A DNA stretch of 64,000 nt from Spirochaetia bacterium (GTDB lineage: Bacteria; Spirochaetota; Spirochaetia; DSM-16054; Sediminispirochaetaceae), in NCBI GenBank assembly GCA_034520965.1, contig JAXHMY010000009.1, forward strand, positions 128,001-192,000. Direction: 5' to 3'. The translations under genes were made by a program, and so were the position numbers. Below, piece by piece: positions 62,321-64,000 of this stretch (position 1 is its first letter; each line of letters starts with the position of its first letter). Below the pieces are notes generated by a model, which was not told the DNA's origin, did no database searches, and saw only the letters and a program-made list of their open reading frames with translations.

Positions 62321-63001
62321 GTGGCAACGCTTTTTATTGTAGCAACTCCAATTGGAAATTTAGGTGATATAACCCTGCGGGCACTGGAAGTGCTGAGGAG
62401 TGTAGATACCATTGCCTGTGAGGACACTCGGCATACCCGCAAGCTGCTTACTCATTTTGAGATATCCAAACCTCTGGTCAGCTGTCGTTCGCAGAACGAG
62501 GTGCAGGCGGCGGGGCGATTGATCGAGCGACTGCAGGAGGAGCGGGATGTCGCCTTTGTAAGTGATGCCGGAACCCCCGGTTTAAGCGATCCCGGGCAGC
62601 GCCTGGTAAAAGAGGTTCGTGCCGCCGGCTTTCAGATCGTACCGATACCGGGTGCCTCCGCTTTGACCGCTCTGATGAGCGTGTCTGAGTTTGGGGGGCG
62701 TACCCTTACCTTTGACGGATTTCTCAGCCCGAAGGGGGGAAAACGGAGCAGTCGTATCGCCGAACTGTTAAAAAGAGAAGAAAATTTCGTTCTTTACGAA
62801 TCTCCCCATAGAATACTGAAGATTTTGGCAAATATAGCCGACAAAGAACCTGAGCGGCAAGTACTAATTGGAAGAGAAATGACAAAAATGCACGAAGAGT
62901 TTGTCAGCGGTGCTGTGTCGGAGGTACTGGAACGGTTAGAGTTGAGAAATTCGCTGAAAGGGGAGTTTGTAATACTTGTTTCCGGCCGGAAAAAGAGTTA
63001 A
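62321..63001 (+). CDS. rsmI: 16S rRNA methyltransferase RsmI
   Basis: VATPIGNLGD, CEDTR, SDAGTPGLSDPG, YESPHR, REMTK.HEE. Confidence 0.95.
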   Translation: MATLFIVATPIGNLGDITLRALEVLRSVDTIACEDTRHTRKLLTHFEISKPLVSCRSQNEVQAAGRLIERLQEERDVAFVSDAGTPGLSDPGQRLVKEVRAAGFQIVPIPGASALTALMSVSEFGGRTLTFDGFLSPKGGKRSSRIAELLKREENFVLYESPHRILKILANIADKEPERQVLIGREMTKMHEEFVSGAVSEVLERLELRNSLKGEFVILVSGRKKS

Positions 63002-63025
63002 CATGTAATGAGAAGATGACGATAA
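62999..63025 (+). promoter_or_regulatory. Putative sigma28 promoter of flgM
   Basis: TAAC-N15-GACGATAA compared with the consensus TAAA-N15-GCCGATAA. Confidence 0.45.
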
Positions 63026-63050
63026 GTAAAGAGAAAGGTAGGAGTCAGCA

Positions 63051-63338
63051 ATGAACATTGAGGGAATAGGACCTATCGATCCCATATCGAAGCTTACGAA
63101 GAACCAGCATGCGCACAAAGCGGAAAAAACGGATCCTAAGGATTCTATCAACATTTCCGCGGATGCAAAGACCATGGGTGAAGTATACAAGATTGCAGAA
63201 CAAGTAAAGGCTGCAGATGATATAAGATGGGACCGGGTTGCCGAGGTAAAAGAGAAAATGAAGGACCCAAATTATATAAACGATACGGTCCTGGAAGATG
63301 TAGCTGACTCTGTAATGGATCTGTTTGATATCAGTTAA
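63051..63338 (+). CDS. flgM: Anti-sigma28 factor FlgM
   Basis: 95 aa; DSINISADAK, DIRWDRVAEVKEKM...Y, DVAD. Confidence 0.8.
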   Translation: MNIEGIGPIDPISKLTKNQHAHKAEKTDPKDSINISADAKTMGEVYKIAEQVKAADDIRWDRVAEVKEKMKDPNYINDTVLEDVADSVMDLFDIS

Positions 63339-63378
63339 CCCATACTGCAGGAGAGTAATGCTGTAAGATGGAAAATGA

Positions 63379-63406
63379 GACAGGGATACGCTCTCTGTCT
63401 TTTTTT
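63379..63406 (+). terminator. Intrinsic terminator after flgM
   Basis: agacaggga/tctctgtct stem followed by a T tract. Confidence 0.6.
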
Positions 63407-63441
63407 GTGTGCTGAAAAAATATGAATGAGGGCTGAAAAGT

Positions 63442-64000
63442 GTGAATGATCTGGAATTATATGTACCAAGCCGGGCCTTTTGTTATTACGGGGCTATTTC
63501 GCAGCTTGGTCGTTCTTGTTTTAAAGGAAGCCGTCGGATACTTTTGATAACGAACTCTCACTTACCGGAAACTGCTGGGCTAAAAAGTGTTCTTAGTACT
63601 GCAGAGGCAAACGGACTGAATATTATTGTAGTTCCGGATATACATCCCTATTCAAGTGATTCTGTAGTTGATGAGGTGATGGATATTGCCCGCATCAGCT
63701 ATATTGAAGGAGTAATCGGTTACGGCGATGTGGATGCCTTGTCTGTGGCCAGAGCGGTAGCACTGCTGACACCTCAGAAGCTGGAGCTTCAGCAGCTGTA
63801 TGACGGGCTGCCGGACCACACAGAGTCGCTTCCCTACGTAGAAATACCGGCTACCTCAAGAAGTCCATTCCTGTTTAACGGAGGCCTGGTGCTGGGCGAT
63901 CGCTACGACAAGAGTACCCGGTTTCTGCAGGTGGAGGCTTTCCGTCCATGTGCGGTTATACAAGACCCGGCGTTATTGAAAGAGTTTTCTCGAAAGTACC
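63442..64000 (+). CDS. Iron-containing alcohol dehydrogenase-like protein (runs off the window edge)
   Basis: Open frame from GTG; RILLIT, VIGYGDVDALSVARAVA, LPYVEIPAT, IQDP.L resemble divergent Fe-ADH motifs. Confidence 0.55.
   Translation, partial: MNDLELYVPSRAFCYYGAISQLGRSCFKGSRRILLITNSHLPETAGLKSVLSTAEANGLNIIVVPDIHPYSSDSVVDEVMDIARISYIEGVIGYGDVDALSVARAVALLTPQKLELQQLYDGLPDHTESLPYVEIPATSRSPFLFNGGLVLGDRYDKSTRFLQVEAFRPCAVIQDPALLKEFSRKY

Noticed and set aside
1..64000. CRISPR array, rRNA, prophage or transposase
   Set aside because: No regularly spaced repeats or characteristic motifs were seen on either strand.

Overview
Bacterial chromosome segment, most likely from a free-living spirochaete (inferred from gene content and order). 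It has two contrasting halves. Positions ~1-28.1 kb are an accessory patchwork: an RND efflux pair, a double-DUF1538/triple-P-II operon, a lipid-handling cluster, a MATE transporter, a FecCD-type ABC importer and many truncated gene fragments. Several long genes there carry single-base frameshifts that look like sequencing insertions. Positions ~28.3-64 kb are almost intact housekeeping genes (nadE, GH13, buk, aroF-pheA fusion, leuS, htpG, resB/ccsA, rlmE, aspS, rsmI, flgM). The best candidate for an undescribed system is at 13.4-22.3 kb. Intact nickel chaperones hypB and hypA are translationally coupled on either side of an 899-aa Cys-rich Fe-S/flavin oxidoreductase, and no hydrogenase, urease or CODH is present in the window. 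The operon starts with a membrane protein, lies divergent from an AraC regulator, and shares an upstream sequence motif with the adjacent metal/cofactor ABC importer. No rRNA, tRNA, CRISPR array, integrase or transposase was recognised. All calls come from motif recognition by eye; no searches were run.
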